NCBI GenBank assembly: GCA_002269645.1
Contig: NIVC01000381.1
Location: 62,001-126,000 of the forward strand
Source of the DNA: Macrostomum lignano
Taxonomy: Eukaryota
Length of the DNA: 64,000 nt
Direction: 5' to 3'
The position numbers and the translations under genes are program-made. This document shows positions 1 through 12,140 of this stretch, piece by piece. Positions within the stretch are counted from its first letter, which is position 1. Every line of letters starts with the position of its first letter. The notes under the pieces are model-generated. The model was not told where the DNA came from and searched no databases. It saw only the letters and a program-made list of their open reading frames with translations.

Positions 1-259
1 GACTACTGTCCATGATCTTGCTAGTAGACGGCGGCGAGTTGGAATTAGAGGCGTCGGTTGAGCACAGGTAGCACACTCGATATTTCCGATCAGCCAAAAT
101 GCCCTGTGGCAAATTGAGTCGGTCTTCTAGAGCAGCCTGCTCGTAGCTGGGCAGCGGCGGCGGATGCTGGCACCGACGCTGCTGCTGTCTCTGATAAGAG
201 TCGAATATTTGTCGAAGCAAGCCGAACCTGCCTTTGTTGTCTGAGTTCTTCGTAATCAT
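1..259 (-). CDS. Possible 5' coding exon running off the window edge (unknown protein with PPxY and CxxC motifs)
   Basis: Manual translation from ATG at 259 is open to base 1: MITKNSDNKGRF...HPPPLPSYEQAALEDRL...RVCYLCSTD...; GC-rich relative to the flank; no family recognised. Confidence 0.3.
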   Translation of the reverse strand, partial: MITKNSDNKGRFGLLRQIFDSYQRQQQRRCQHPPPLPSYEQAALEDRLNLPQGILADRKYRVCYLCSTDASNSNSPPSTSKIMDSS

Positions 260-1149
260 CTCAAGTGGAGCGGTTGAATGATCTCATAGCAATTCTCCTT
301 CAAGTTCTGTCGATACATGGCAGCGTATATTTATACAATTGAGATTTTATATCGTGATTCGATTTCGACTAAACAACTTTTGGTATATTTTTAGCGATTG
401 TTTCATGCTACCTACACATGTTTTCGTTGGCCGAGTAGGCTATACTGCAGTGGGGGGTCAATGGCGGATGCTGGTAGAGCCAATGGAATGATTGGAGCCA
501 AATTTAGAAAAATACAGACTACGGGGGTTGCAGGTCACGCAGTTTGATATTGAAAGAGGCGCACGACGTGGTGCAGTCAATATCGCTTTACTATAGCTTA
601 CATGTAAACTTCTTTATCTTTAGTACCTTCTGTTAGTGCTGCTCTGAGTGAATCAACTTGAGTCATGACAGATTTAAATTATTAAGCCTGTATTTGTTAT
701 CAATTATAGATTATTGCTGTCCAATTCCAGAAGCCTATCCGGCTACTTGAATAATAAGTAAATCTTATCTTCGGCCTGTTTGAACTCGTTTGACCGTTAA
801 AAATTTACAGCATTGGGACGGCCGGCCGGCACGCGTTCAAAAGCAAGTTTGGTGCGTATTTTGCCTTGAGATTTGCACCTCTGCTCATCAACTAGCACTC
901 AGCTTGTACATTCAAGGATTAGCATTTCAAGATATTTTTAGAACACACGCATTTGTGCCGTGTGATTGCGCCAAACTTGTGCAACTACCGGGTATGTTGA
1001 CTACGTCATTCTGCGGCTGATAACAGTGTTGTTTTTACCGCATGAACTGCTGTATTAGAACTTCATGCGTGACTCTACATGTATGACTCTACATATGTGC
1101 TTTCTGGCAAAATAAAGTTCCACTTCTTGGATCTTCGGATAAGTCAGCG

Positions 1150-1512
1150 CCACATGGTTGTCTGAGCGTCACTATGGATGTCGGGACACCACTAGGGGTG
1201 TCTGGGCGCCACTAATGGGTGTCTGGGCGCCAATATGGGTGTCTGGGCGCCAATATGGGTGCCTGGGCGCCAATATGGGTGTCTGGGCGCCAATATGGGT
1301 GTCTGGGCGCCACACGGTTGTCTGGGCGCCACTATGGGTGTCGGGGCGCCACTATGGGTGTCGAGATGTCACAATGGGTGTCGAGATGCCACTATGGGGG
1401 TCGAGATGCCACTATGGGTGTCGGGGTGTCACTATGGTGGTCGAGATGTCACTATGGGGGTCCAGATGCCACTATGGGTGTCGAGATGTCACTATGGGTG
1501 TCGGGGCGCATA
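1150..1512. repeat. 20-bp minisatellite (TCTGGGCGCCAATATGGGTG / TCGAGATGCCACTATGGGTG variants)
   Basis: Direct tandem periodicity; explains the repetitive ORFs at 1158-1544. Confidence 0.9.
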
Positions 1513-1600
1513 GGGATTTAAGCGGACAAAGGGATCCTGATTGAAGTGAAATCATTGAATCCAAAGCCTCTATCCAGTTTATTGCATAGCATGTAAACGG

Positions 1601-1872
1601 CCCAGCATTACACAGAGGAGATGAAGCTGACCTGGTTGCTACGCAAAATTCTTAATCTCGTACTCAAATCCCTTACCAGGTGTTTTTTCATACTGCTGCT
1701 GGTAGAATTTTCTTTCCAAAAGCGTGCGGCTGTCCCCAACACCTGCATTATTTCTCCCTATCCTCAATGCCTTCACTTCCAAGCCCCAAACTCGGGCTGT
1801 ACTTGCTGTACACCCGGCTCACTCTTGCCGGTGTACATTTATTGCCTTCCCCATGGCATAGCCCCTCATCCC
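1601..1872 (+). repeat. Dispersed repeat, copy A (homologous to 13340-14045)
   Basis: CCCAGC..TACAC..GATGAAGCTGACCTGGTTGCTACGCAAA...GCTCACTCTTGCC.GTGTAC is shared with 13340-13591; TGCCT.CCCC.TGGCATAGCCC is shared with 14016-14044. Confidence 0.9.
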
Positions 1873-2038
1873 CTAACTCTCTACCCTACGCTGTTGCTAG
1901 GGAGTGGTAGCTAAGGCAGCAATCAGCTCTAGCCCCCAAGCAGTTATTTAGCTCTTTACATTTCAATCTAGACTCTATAGCTAAAGGCATAACAGAACAA
2001 TTCTCTCTGCTTCATTTGGCTCCATCCGACAACACAAA

Positions 2039-3860
2039 ATGGCCAGCTCAGAAATCGAAATCGATCCTAGCCAGGTGACGCCGGCCAACTCCGACGTGCA
2101 CAACATGTTCCTCCGAGCTCCTAAGCCCAAATCCTTCGTCATTGACGAGCAGCAGCATCCGGACTCAGTCTACGCTCGTGAAACTGTTGGCAGCGCGCTC
2201 GCCCTCGCATTATCCGAAGCGGCCGCCTGCCGTCCGGACGATCCGATCGAGTTCGTGGCCCAGCGTCTGATGAACTATCGTCGAACCGTCGATTATTGTC
2301 GAGAACGCGACGAAGAGATTGAAGAGATTCGCCAGGCGCGCATTGGCCAGCTGCAGGAGGAGGCGCGACAACGGGCCATAGCCGAGGAGCAACGGCTGCA
2401 ACGTGAGCGCGAAGAGCAGCGTCGTCGCGAGGAGCTGGAGCAGCTGCGCCAGTCTGTACCGGTTGAGACGCTCGCTCTGCCGTCGAAGCGAGGCGAGACG
2501 CGAAACAAAACCGGCGCGACGCCGTTGCACGCGGCGGTGCGATCCAGCTGCGATGTCGAGACTCTGCTGCGAATGCTGCACGATGGGCACAACTTCTGCG
2601 CTCGCGACGCACAGGTGAGGGCGTCGATGAATGCTGGATTGAGCTGGTGCGCTTTTTGTGGATGCTTTCACAACTCTATTTTCACCCAAGGTATTCTACA
2701 AATTGGGACTTCTGAAGTAGCAGAATTAACATTGAACAAGGTGAAATTCGGTCAACAAGAATTTTGAAGCATAGTTCCGCTATTTCCGCGATGTTTCTCA
2801 CATCTACCCAAAGTCGTTGGTGTATGAACACTTTTAGGTGCTTGTAACACCGACGTTTGGCCGACATTCGTCGGTTTCAGGGTGTTGCACGGCATCAGAA
2901 TGAAGTTTTGGGAGAGGGAAGTCGGTTGTGATTGGAGGGTTGTGGAGTTCTAGAAACGTAAAATGCCCTTTTCCTAACGAATGCATAGCCTACAGGGGCT
3001 GACAGTTCTGAAAATTAAACAGATCGAAAAGTGTCTAATGGAAAATCTCTAACATATTCCAGGGAATGAACGTTCGCGACGCAGCTCAAGCCACTAAAAA
3101 CGACGCCGTTGTCAAGGAGCTTGACAGTTTGGTGATCCGTTGGATGCGCGAAGAGAAAGTCGAACACCTCCGCTGGCTGCTGGCCAACGACTATGGGAGC
3201 AGTTTGCCAAGCCTGAAAAAGTCGTTCGGTCCCAAGCTCAAAGGTCTGCCGGAGGCCAGCAAGCTAATTGTGGACTCCGTGTCCAAGTGGGAGGCTCGCT
3301 ACAGGGAGCTGTGGAAGCTCAGCGCCAAAGGAACTCGAGAGCATCTGGAGCAGCACTGCAAGCAACAGCAAGATCAGCAGCAAATTGAAGATGTGTTCTC
3401 TCGCACTAGAGAGAGCCTCTCGGCGCTGCACATTGCCCTGCTTTGCAAAAACCAAGACACTGCTCGTTACCTAGCCAACGAGCACCCAGACCTGCTTCGA
3501 CTCGCTGACAGCTTTGGCCGCCTACCGCTGCACTATGCCTACGGAGCCGGCCAGAACTTTGTTGAAATTCTTCGCGAGGCGGCCGCCGCCAAGTCTGTCG
3601 AACAGAGCGACACCGCTCTCGATGCGTTCGGCTTCGCTCCGAGCGTCTACGCCAAGCGATACGAGCTGCTGCCGGAGCCGCCAAACTACGGCAGTCCCGA
3701 GCCGCTTCCCGGATCGACGGACGACGGAAACGGCGCCGAGAATGGCACTAGCGCCGATGGCACCCCAGACGCACGCGGTGAAGGGGAAGGCGGCGCGGAG
3801 GCTGGAGAAGTCAAGGACGAAAAATTGACTCCGATCAATGAGGACGAAGGTGAAGATTGA
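2039..3860 (+). CDS. Dpy-30 motif + coiled-coil + ankyrin-repeat protein, ~457 aa; join(2039..2614,3063..3860)
   Basis: VGSALALALSEAAACRPDDPIEFVAQRLMNY is a Dpy-30/DYDC-type dimerisation motif; E/R/Q-rich coil; ankyrin signatures GATPLHAAV, SALHIALL, FGRLPLHYAY. Phase-0 intron CAG|GTGAGG (2615) to TTCCAG (3062) joins the exons in frame. Confidence 0.85.
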
Positions 3861-4130
3861 TATTAAAATTGCGCTGACCACAAACGGAATTGCAAACTGA
3901 TTAAAATATGTGAACTATGTATTTGCACGTATTTCTACTGCAAGTATATGTGCAATAATTTACTTTATTTTTTCGCATGCAAAACTCATTTTTTGTGTAA
4001 AATTGGTAGTGAAGATAGAATACAGTAGATACATGAACAGTACAGGTACTGTAACAATAAAAAATACTCTTAACTAAGTATAGATTAAAGATAAGTCTGT
4101 GCCATAGACAACACGCAATTTCTGTGAGAC

Positions 4131-4945
4131 AACAACAACAAAAGCAAACTACAGCAGCCCTAGACAAGCCTAGCTGGGCTGGTGTCAAAATGCGCGCGCA
4201 AGCGCAGAGTTGCGCAGAACAGCGAGTCCACGAGGGTTAGAAATCTCAGCGTCTCTTAGAATTAAGCAGGTCAATGAAACGCAGACTTTTTGTCTGACCA
4301 AGCCGCCGCGGTCCTTGACGGGAGAGCAGCAGCGCGTCCTGCAGTGGCTCAGGGCAGTAATGCTCTTCTCGGATGACATGACCGGCCAGCTGTAAACGTC
4401 GCATGCGCAGCAGTTGGTGTTGGTGGTGGCGGTCGGCGAGTAGTAGACACCGAAGGCGGCTCGCGGAAGTCCAGCATGAACGGTGTCGAGTTGCCGCTCT
4501 TGTGGGCCGGTCAGTGTCCACCTTTTGGTATTGTAAAGGAGGACCGTTTCTATGACTGCCTGGAACAGCCGCCCTTCTCAGCCGATCCGGCAGCGCGAGG
4601 CACTGCAGGACAGTCCGCACCGTGCGGAATGCGCTCCAGGAAAGCGCCCTGCGCCGTGCCATGTCGTCCATGATGCTTAGCACTAGACCGCTGATCACTG
4701 CACAGCGGCCGCCGCCGTCAGCTGGTCTAGCAGGCGTTGAGCTCCTTCAGCTGAGCTAGACAGCAGCGCTAGGATGGAGAGTCTAGGACGTCCGCTAGGA
4801 CGGATAGTCGCTTCTCCTGGGGTGTCGCCTGCTTGTTCTGCGACAGAGCAAGAATCCGTTGGAGTCGTCAGGGAGGCCTGTGCGCAGTACCCAAGAACGA
4901 CGTCATCCGATGTCACAACTGCCGCCCTAGTCTCACAGACAAAGA
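4131..4945 (-). mobile_element. Degenerate 5'-truncated non-LTR retrotransposon (RTE-like RT C-terminal region)
   Basis: Frameshifted minus-strand pieces: ALLSSSAEGAQRLLDQL, RRRALSWSAFRTVRTVL, RLFQAVIETVLLYNTKRWTLT, RMRRLQLAGHVIREEHYCPEPLQDALLL; short (TTG)n at the putative 3' end. Confidence 0.8.
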
Positions 4946-5429
4946 AATATGGATCTGGCCTAACAAGCAGAACTAAATATTGAATTCTTAGTACAAACTG
5001 ACCTAGAAAAGCAAAGCAATAAATGCCAAACACACAAATTTAGTAATAGTGAGAAGTTAAAAAAAAACTTGTAGCCTACTGCCAGTAGTGCATATTGTAT
5101 GCATCCAATTTGCAAATGTAGAATTGGAAAAAGTTCGTCCTCATCAATATACAATTGTACGAGGCTATTATGTATAAATGAATGTACTTGTCGTCTCCGG
5201 TAAATCAATTGAATGGATTTACTACCAATGTTTAGGTAAAATTTCGGTAGTAACGATGTAGAGAAAAATAAGATAAACGATTGAATATTTTTTTTATACG
5301 CTCGTATCTCAAGTAATTTATACTCGGTAAAAACTAATGCATTAATACGAATCGATTAACGAGGCGCAAAACTATATATAAGGTATTAAATTATGGGATG
5401 GGGATTGAGTCCAGATTAGAAAAGGCAGG

Positions 5430-5720
5430 AGTGCGTGACTGAGGAAAGAGGCAATGCAGATTGAAGAGCCGATCAGAAAGCAGCGATTGGAGAGACAAGA
5501 ATAACAAGACTGAACTGGACAAACGGGAGAGAAAACAGAGTAAACAGAGGTAAGGGGGTTAGAATGCGCGACTGAGGAAAGAGGCCAGATTGAAGAACCA
5601 ATCAGAAGGCCACGAGGGAGAGAGATAAGAATAACAAGACTTTACTAGACAAAGAGGGGAGGGAGAGAGAGACAACAAGTCTGAACTGGAAAGTTGGAGA
5701 GAAAATAGAGTAAACAGAGG
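5430..5720. repeat. Imperfect local duplication (~140-bp purine-rich unit x2)
   Basis: GACTGAGGAAAGAGG..CAGATTGAAGA..ATCAGAA..AGAATAACAAGACT..GAGAGAAAA.AGAGTAAACAGAGG occurs twice. Confidence 0.75.
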
Positions 5721-5867
5721 GGAGTGCAGATGAACTAAAGAGATGCATTAAAAATTGCGACAAACGACAAGGTTTTAATACAAGTACGAGTACTCGGAGA
5801 AATGTCATATGCATGTACAATGTCACTCAGTAAAATTTTTACTTTATTGGATACGATCTCATTTCTG

Positions 5868-6956
5868 TCACTTGCCAGCGTCTGTTCTCATCGCGTCCCA
5901 AAGCTTGACGAGGTTGACGGAGTCTGGCGGCTCCCCCATGGTGAACAGGCTCACCGTGACCTGCACAGTCAGCGTGAAGCCGTAGCAATCCTGAACCTCC
6001 AGCTGATTTGGCTCCACATCAATTCTGTCAACTTTCCACTCAGACTCGTCCAGGATCTGCCAGCCGTCGCAGTCTGTCCAGTCAGGAAAGATGAGGAAGA
6101 ACCAGAAAGCTCCCCGCTCCGACTCGTCAAGGATGTCCACAACTCGCCTCGCTGTGGCTCTGAGCAGGATCTCTTAAAATGGGGGACTGAGCACCCAGCC
6201 GCCTGGATGCTGCATCAGGTCTATGTGAAAAAAGTCGCCCAGACTGCCGAATGCGCTGTCAGTGTCAGGGAACAGGCTGCAGAACTTTGCTCCTTGCCGA
6301 CCCAGCAGCTGACAATTGAGGGGCGAAGCGAAGCCCTCGTGAGCGGCTTTGCCCAGCTCGAACAGGGCATCGAAAGCTTTGGGGCAGAGGCTGGACTCTC
6401 CGCTCTTGAACATGTTCAGGCTGTGGTAGCGAAGGCACACCAGCGCGGCCCGCTGCTCACCACACAGCTTGACCAGCTGCTTGACTCGCTTGCTCCTAGG
6501 CGTCAGGAACTCCCCAAATGTGATGCGGCCTCGGCTGCCGGCCTCCTCGTATCGCAGCTTCGCGGTTTTCTTCACCTTAGCGATATTAATCTTTCTTCGT
6601 AGAAACTGATCGATCATGGACAGCAGCGACTCTACCAGACGCGTCGCTTCGTCGCTCGACATGTCGCTGAAGCTCCGGCAGAGCGATTTCACGAACTCAA
6701 CTTTGCTTCTGTTATCGCTCAACTTCTGTGGCAGCAGACGGAATGTCTCGGACATTTGCTGACCATCGGTGGTCTGCATGGTGATGAGCCAACGACCGAA
6801 TTGAATTTTCGTCCTTTTCTGCTGATTTCTATGCTCAGCTGGCTGAAACCGTTGAGTGCGTTTCTCGAGCCAACTCGCGAGTCGGTCTATTTCCCTAAAC
6901 TGGGAATACTCGAGCAGCAGTTTGACGTGAAGGCTGTTGTATTCTCCTTTTGCCAT
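5868..6956 (-). pseudogene. PCIF1-like: PCIF1/CAPAM-like adenine N6-methyltransferase, copy 1 (disrupted)
   Basis: Same 1089-nt span as copy 2. Catalytic NPPF reads SPPF and is immediately followed by GAA>TAA (6174-6176); the downstream ORF 5868..6140 is in the same frame. Confidence 0.85.
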
Positions 6957-7561
6957 CGTAAACTCTTACCGTCGCTTTCTCACCTTAGGTTCTCGCTTTA
7001 TGCTTTCAGTTTTTTCGCTTTTCGCTTTCCATTTTGTTTATTATTTGGCTTTGAGATTGGCCTTGCTTGGTCAGTGTCTAAAAAAGCCTATCGATAAACT
7101 GAAGTGTACGTTGCATGTATGTTAATTGAAACTCACCTTGCACTATACAAATGACCACTCAGCAATTCTTCAATTTTGCTGAGTATTGCAGTTGTACTTG
7201 CAGTTGCAGTACATTTAGAAAAGTTAGTGAGCTTACATGCTAATACCGCTCCGGTATATTTATTTTTATACTGTATGTACTTGGCTGGCTCGTAAGAAAA
7301 TTTGAAAAATAGATTAAAATTTGTCATAAATATGAAGTGCAGTCGACTGACTTAACTTTTGTCAGCATAAGAAAAAGCGCTCTAGCCTTGACCAGGCAAG
7401 GCCGGGCTCCAGCTTGTATATATAACGATAGGCGTTAGAGTTACGCTTATATACGCCAGCTAGGTTGAGGCATATATGTAGACGATAAGCAGCAATACTT
7501 TTGACTAGCAATACATGGACCAAACCACCAGAGTACGCGATGAGCGTTGAACGGAAAATTT

Positions 7562-7969
7562 ATGAAAGAAATAACCAATATGAACTGTATTAGGTTTTTC
7601 AATGCCGATGCTTTTAGTCCATAATGGACATCGTCAGGGCTCACTAAATTTATCAAACGAAGTAAGAAATTGTTCTTATATATTGTCTTGAGAAGTTGTA
7701 ACATTTGACAGAGCAGTAAAAATTAAGAAAAAAACTGGGTACAGTACAAGTTTGGATGGAAAGGCGTGCTACATATCAAATCAGTGTCCAGTCCGGTTTT
7801 TGAGCGAGCTAAAAAAATTTACGAAGTTGACGGCTAGCATCCCTTATGGCAAGCTGACTGCTCAGAGTAGGTTGTGGGGCCTTTTATGTACATAGCGATG
7901 TCCATTGTGGACGAAATGCATCGACATTGAAAAACCTAATACAGTTCATATTGGTTACTTCTCTTTCAT
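7562..7969. mobile_element. MITE-like element with ~72-bp terminal inverted repeats
   Basis: 7562-7633 (ATGAAAGAAATAACCAATATGAACTGTATTAGGTTTTTCAATG...) is the near-perfect reverse complement of 7895-7969; non-coding interior. Confidence 0.75.
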
Positions 7970-8299
7970 CTAGCTACTTACTTTTCATCAAGGAGCTACA
8001 TTACCCGAAAATTTAGTAGATTCTTAAGACTCTATTTACAGTAGAAATATATAAGCAAAATTCGCAAATAAGCAAATAAGCAAAAAGCCCAATAAGCACG
8101 GAGAAAAAATTATTCATGCAGATCCATTAAAAAAGCACATTTTTTAAAGAACAAATTCCTTCTTCAGTTTTATAAATCACCTTATTCTAGTAAAATTGTC
8201 ACGGACAAAGATGTTTGCTATGAATATTTTAAGTCTGAAAGTAACAAAAAGACAAAAAATAAAGCCTTCACAAAGATAACAAGCATTGCCACTAAATAG

Positions 8300-8435
8300 A
8301 AAACATCCCCAAGACAGCAAGCATCCCCCAGATAGCAAGCATCCCCCAGATAGTAAGCACCCCCAAATACAATAGCAAGCGCCCCCCTCCCCCAAATACA
8401 ATAACAAGCACCCCCAGATAGCAAGCAAAAGCAAG
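8300..8435. repeat. Short ~18-bp tandem repeat (AGCAAGCATCCCCCAGAT)
   Basis: Several imperfect adjacent copies. Confidence 0.7.
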
Positions 8436-8487
8436 CAAGATAGAAAGCGTATATATGCTTTCTAAATTTGAATATACTTTAAGCTAC

Positions 8488-8975
8488 ACTAGTGCAACTA
8501 TTTCCTTGGCTGATGCAATAATCACTTTCTCAGGTAGTGCAATAATCCATGTCTCAGCTAGTGCAATCGTTATTTTTTTCAGCCAGTGGAATATTTCTTT
8601 TCTCATCTAGTGCAATAATCTTTTTCTCATCAAGTGCAATAATCGTTTACTCATCAAGTGCAATACACCTTTCCTAATGGATTTTAATAATCACTTTCTA
8701 AGCTAGTGCAATAATCCTTTGATCATCTAGTGCAATAATCATTTACTCATCAATTGCAATAATCTTTTACTCATCAAGTGCAATAATCTTTTACTCATCA
8801 AGTTCAATAATCCTTTACGCAGCAAGTGCAATAATCTATGCCTCATCTAGTGCAATAATCGTTTTCTCATCTAGTGCAATAATTAATGTCTCAGGAAGTT
8901 CAATAATTAATCCTTTACTCATTAAGTGGAATAATCCTTCACTCATCAAGTGCGAAAACCGTTTTCTTATCTAGT
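8488..8975. repeat. Degenerate 24-bp minisatellite (GTGCAATAATCTTTTACTCATCAA)
   Basis: Direct tandem periodicity. Confidence 0.85.
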
Positions 8976-9827
8976 CTGAACTAGAAATTATAGATGCAAA
9001 ATTAAATTTTTGTCGAATCGAAAACTCAATTCTTGAATTTTAAAATTGGGAAGGAGGATAGAATTGAATACGCTGCATTTCTCTTCTTCGGCGCGAAAAA
9101 CGTACGTTGTACACGTAGATCGCTGCGCGTAAAACACGCGTACGTAAAATACATAATTTTGTCACTTTTTAAATGATTAACACACGCACATGTAAGCAAA
9201 ATACATGTACAGGTACACGCGTTTGACGCAATTATTATACACACGTTAAACACCTCGCTTTACGCAAGTTTTACTTATTGTTTTCCATGTATTAAATGTA
9301 CAGGTAGCGCCAGGTACATGTACCTATTTTAAAGTGGCGTCCTGTACGAGCTTTATAGAATCCAACAAACAAATATCTGATTTAAATCCTCCAAAATTTC
9401 TAGAGTTCAGAATTTAGGAATATGGAATTTAGTTGTTTTGCCAAAAGACTTAAAAGTCACAATGTCGCAACAGAAATAGCAATGACATTCCGCTTGGTGA
9501 ATTTGAATGCAAAACCGGTTTCTAAAATAGTAATGCCGGTATCCGCGGTGTTTTAATTGGAAAAATCGAGTACATTCAAATCATAAATAAAAATTACAGA
9601 GCAATGCAGCATTGGGGGACCATCGGAAAAGCGAGAAAAAAGAAAATTGTATTATGGAAATTGTACTATGGACATGTGCTATTTTATATTAATTGTACTT
9701 TTATGTATTATGGCTCAGAATCTGCACTGCGCCTTATGCAATCCGGACTGACAACGAAATGGCTGGATAGTGGCATGCAGTAACAAAGTGCTGAAAACAG
9801 CACAGACGCTTCATCGTTTGCCGCCGG

Positions 9828-10380
9828 TTACAGTGCAGTACAATACGACGGATGTATGCGGGCTACGTCATCAGGCGCGTCAGCGAATACTCCATCAGGC
9901 GGTTCCGACGATCGTAAGGCTTTAATTGCAGTAACTGCACCAAAGTCAGACTCGTTTTCTAATAGCGTCTTGACTGCGGAAAAGATACACTGTAGTTGAC
10001 AAGCCTTAACGCCGACGGTACCTGCACGCCAAACACCGAGTGACAAATTAATCTGCAATTAATCCTTTTCACAGTTCTCGTATATCCTTCACGAATAACT
10101 TCACTGAAATAACGCCTGAAAATAGATGGCATATCAAAAACGATTGACATTAGCACTTTGATTTCATAGAAATCAATTAAACAGGCAAAGGCAAAACCAT
10201 AGCATACAGTATAAGCCGAGAACAATCGTACACGTCTTCTCAAAACAGTATTGGACAGATTGAAATCAAACCCGATCAATGCAGGATTCTGCTCATCCAC
10301 TGCATCTTTTTGGGCTGTAGCTGTAGCTGTAGCAAAACTTTCATCACTGCTCTGCTCGCTATAAATTCTTCGTCTGCCAT
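9828..10380 (-). pseudogene. Possible intronless orphan ORF split by two frameshifts (~180 aa)
   Basis: ATG at 10380 (MADEE...), then frame of 9959..10300 (YSEQSSDESFATATATAQKDAVDEQNPALIG...), then frame of 9828..10058 (QINLSLGVWRAG...CTAL*). No family recognised. Confidence 0.3.
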
Positions 10381-10579
10381 ATCTAAGTTTGTTTAATGAA
10401 AACTGTCATTTCTATGGTCTAAGGCTTGCAAACTATGGAAAGATTAATAGCGCGACCAAATTCTCTAATTGGTTGCTCTATAGACCATTTTTGGGCCATA
10501 GACAATCAAAAGCAAGTCTTAAATAGCTTTATTTCCCCCTAAGGATTAAATTGCTCGCTAAAACGGTGCTATAGAAATG

Positions 10580-11468
10580 ACAGTAGTATTAAAACGCTAC
10601 TATTAAAACGTTAATATTAAAATGACAGTATAGTATTAAAACGCTACTATTAAAGCGCTGCTATTAATTAAACGCTACTATTAAATAGCTACTATTAAAA
10701 CGCTACTATTAAAATACTACTATTAAAATGATAGTATTAAAACGCTACTATTAAAACGCTACTAATAAAACGCTGCTATTAAAACACTACTAATAAAACA
10801 CTAATATTAAAATGATAGTATTAAAACGCTACTATTAAAACGCTGCTATTAAAACGCTACTATTAAAACGCTACTATTAAAACGCTACTATATTAAAACG
10901 CTAATATTAAAATGACAGTAGTATTAAAAAACTACTAATAAAACACTAATAAAACACTGATATTAAAATGATAGTATTAAAACGCTACTATTAAAACGCT
11001 GCTATTAAAACGCTACTATTAAAACGCTACTATTAAAACGCTACTATATTAAAACGCTAATATTAAAATGACAGTAGTATTAAAAAACTACTAATAAAAC
11101 GCTGCTATTAAAACACTACTAATAAAACACTGATATTAAAATGATAGTATTAAAACGCTACTATTAAAACGCTGCTATTAAAACGCTACTATATTAAAAC
11201 GCTAATATTAAAATGACAGTAGTATTAAAAAACTACTAATAAAACGCTGCTATTAAAACACTACTAATAAAACACTGATATTAAAATGATAGTATTAAAA
11301 CGCTACTATTAAAACGCTGCTATTAAAACGCTACTATATTAAAACGCTAATATTAAAATGACAGTAGTATTAAAAAACTACTAATAAAACGCTACTATTA
11401 AAACGGTACTATTAAAACGCCAATATTAAAATGACAGTATATAGTATTAAAACGCTACTATTAAAACG
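10580..11468. repeat. 14-bp AT-rich minisatellite (ATTAAAACGCTACT / ATTAAAATGATAGT) with ~145-bp higher-order repeat
   Basis: Tandem monomers; the same order of variants recurs near 11090, 11230 and 11375. Confidence 0.9.
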
Positions 11469-12140
11469 ACATGATTCGTTTTCTTCAATTGATTTCTCCG
11501 GCTGATTACTCCAGGCATTTACCCAAAGGCTATCATTGGTTTGTCTATGTGCATAGGTAGAATCCATCACGACTTAGATGCGTGATCAAAGTCATGTAAT
11601 CTATGGTCTATAGGCTAGGGAAATCCATTTGAGCCATGGAAATCCCAGGCCAGTCCTAGTAAGTGCTTGGGGTAGCTAAATGCTTTATGGCTGGAGTAAA
11701 TGTGTACGATGTTTTTGTACAAATAAGACGAATTTACATGCATAACGAGCGCATAAAACCATAAATACGAGCGTACTAGAAGAATAAAGCATTTGAAATA
11801 TATTATAGAAAGAAAAACTGGAAAACGGATGAAAACCAAAAATAGACGACGACGACGTATAGCTGTTTTGAAATTCGGCAAAAAAAGTTGGTCAGAATCA
11901 ACAAAAATACGTAAAAAGGGCGGTCACGGTTGCCCTGAAAACAACCGTAACGGATTGCAAAAAAACGTCAGTTTGTTAATAGTCTGCATCAACATCGCGG
12001 AGGAGCCGGGGGAGCGGAGGTTGAACACCTCATTCAAACCACAAACGACTAGGTTTAGATGCCGTGCTCAAAGAATTTCATATGCATGTACAATGTCACT
12101 CAGTAAAATTTATTTTTTATTGGAGGGGATTTCGTTTCCG

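Noticed and set aside
10478-11613. Possible TIRs (CTATAGACCAT ... ATGGTCTATAG) around the 14-bp array
   Set aside because: Only 11 bp of exact match and no clear TSD; too weak to call an element.
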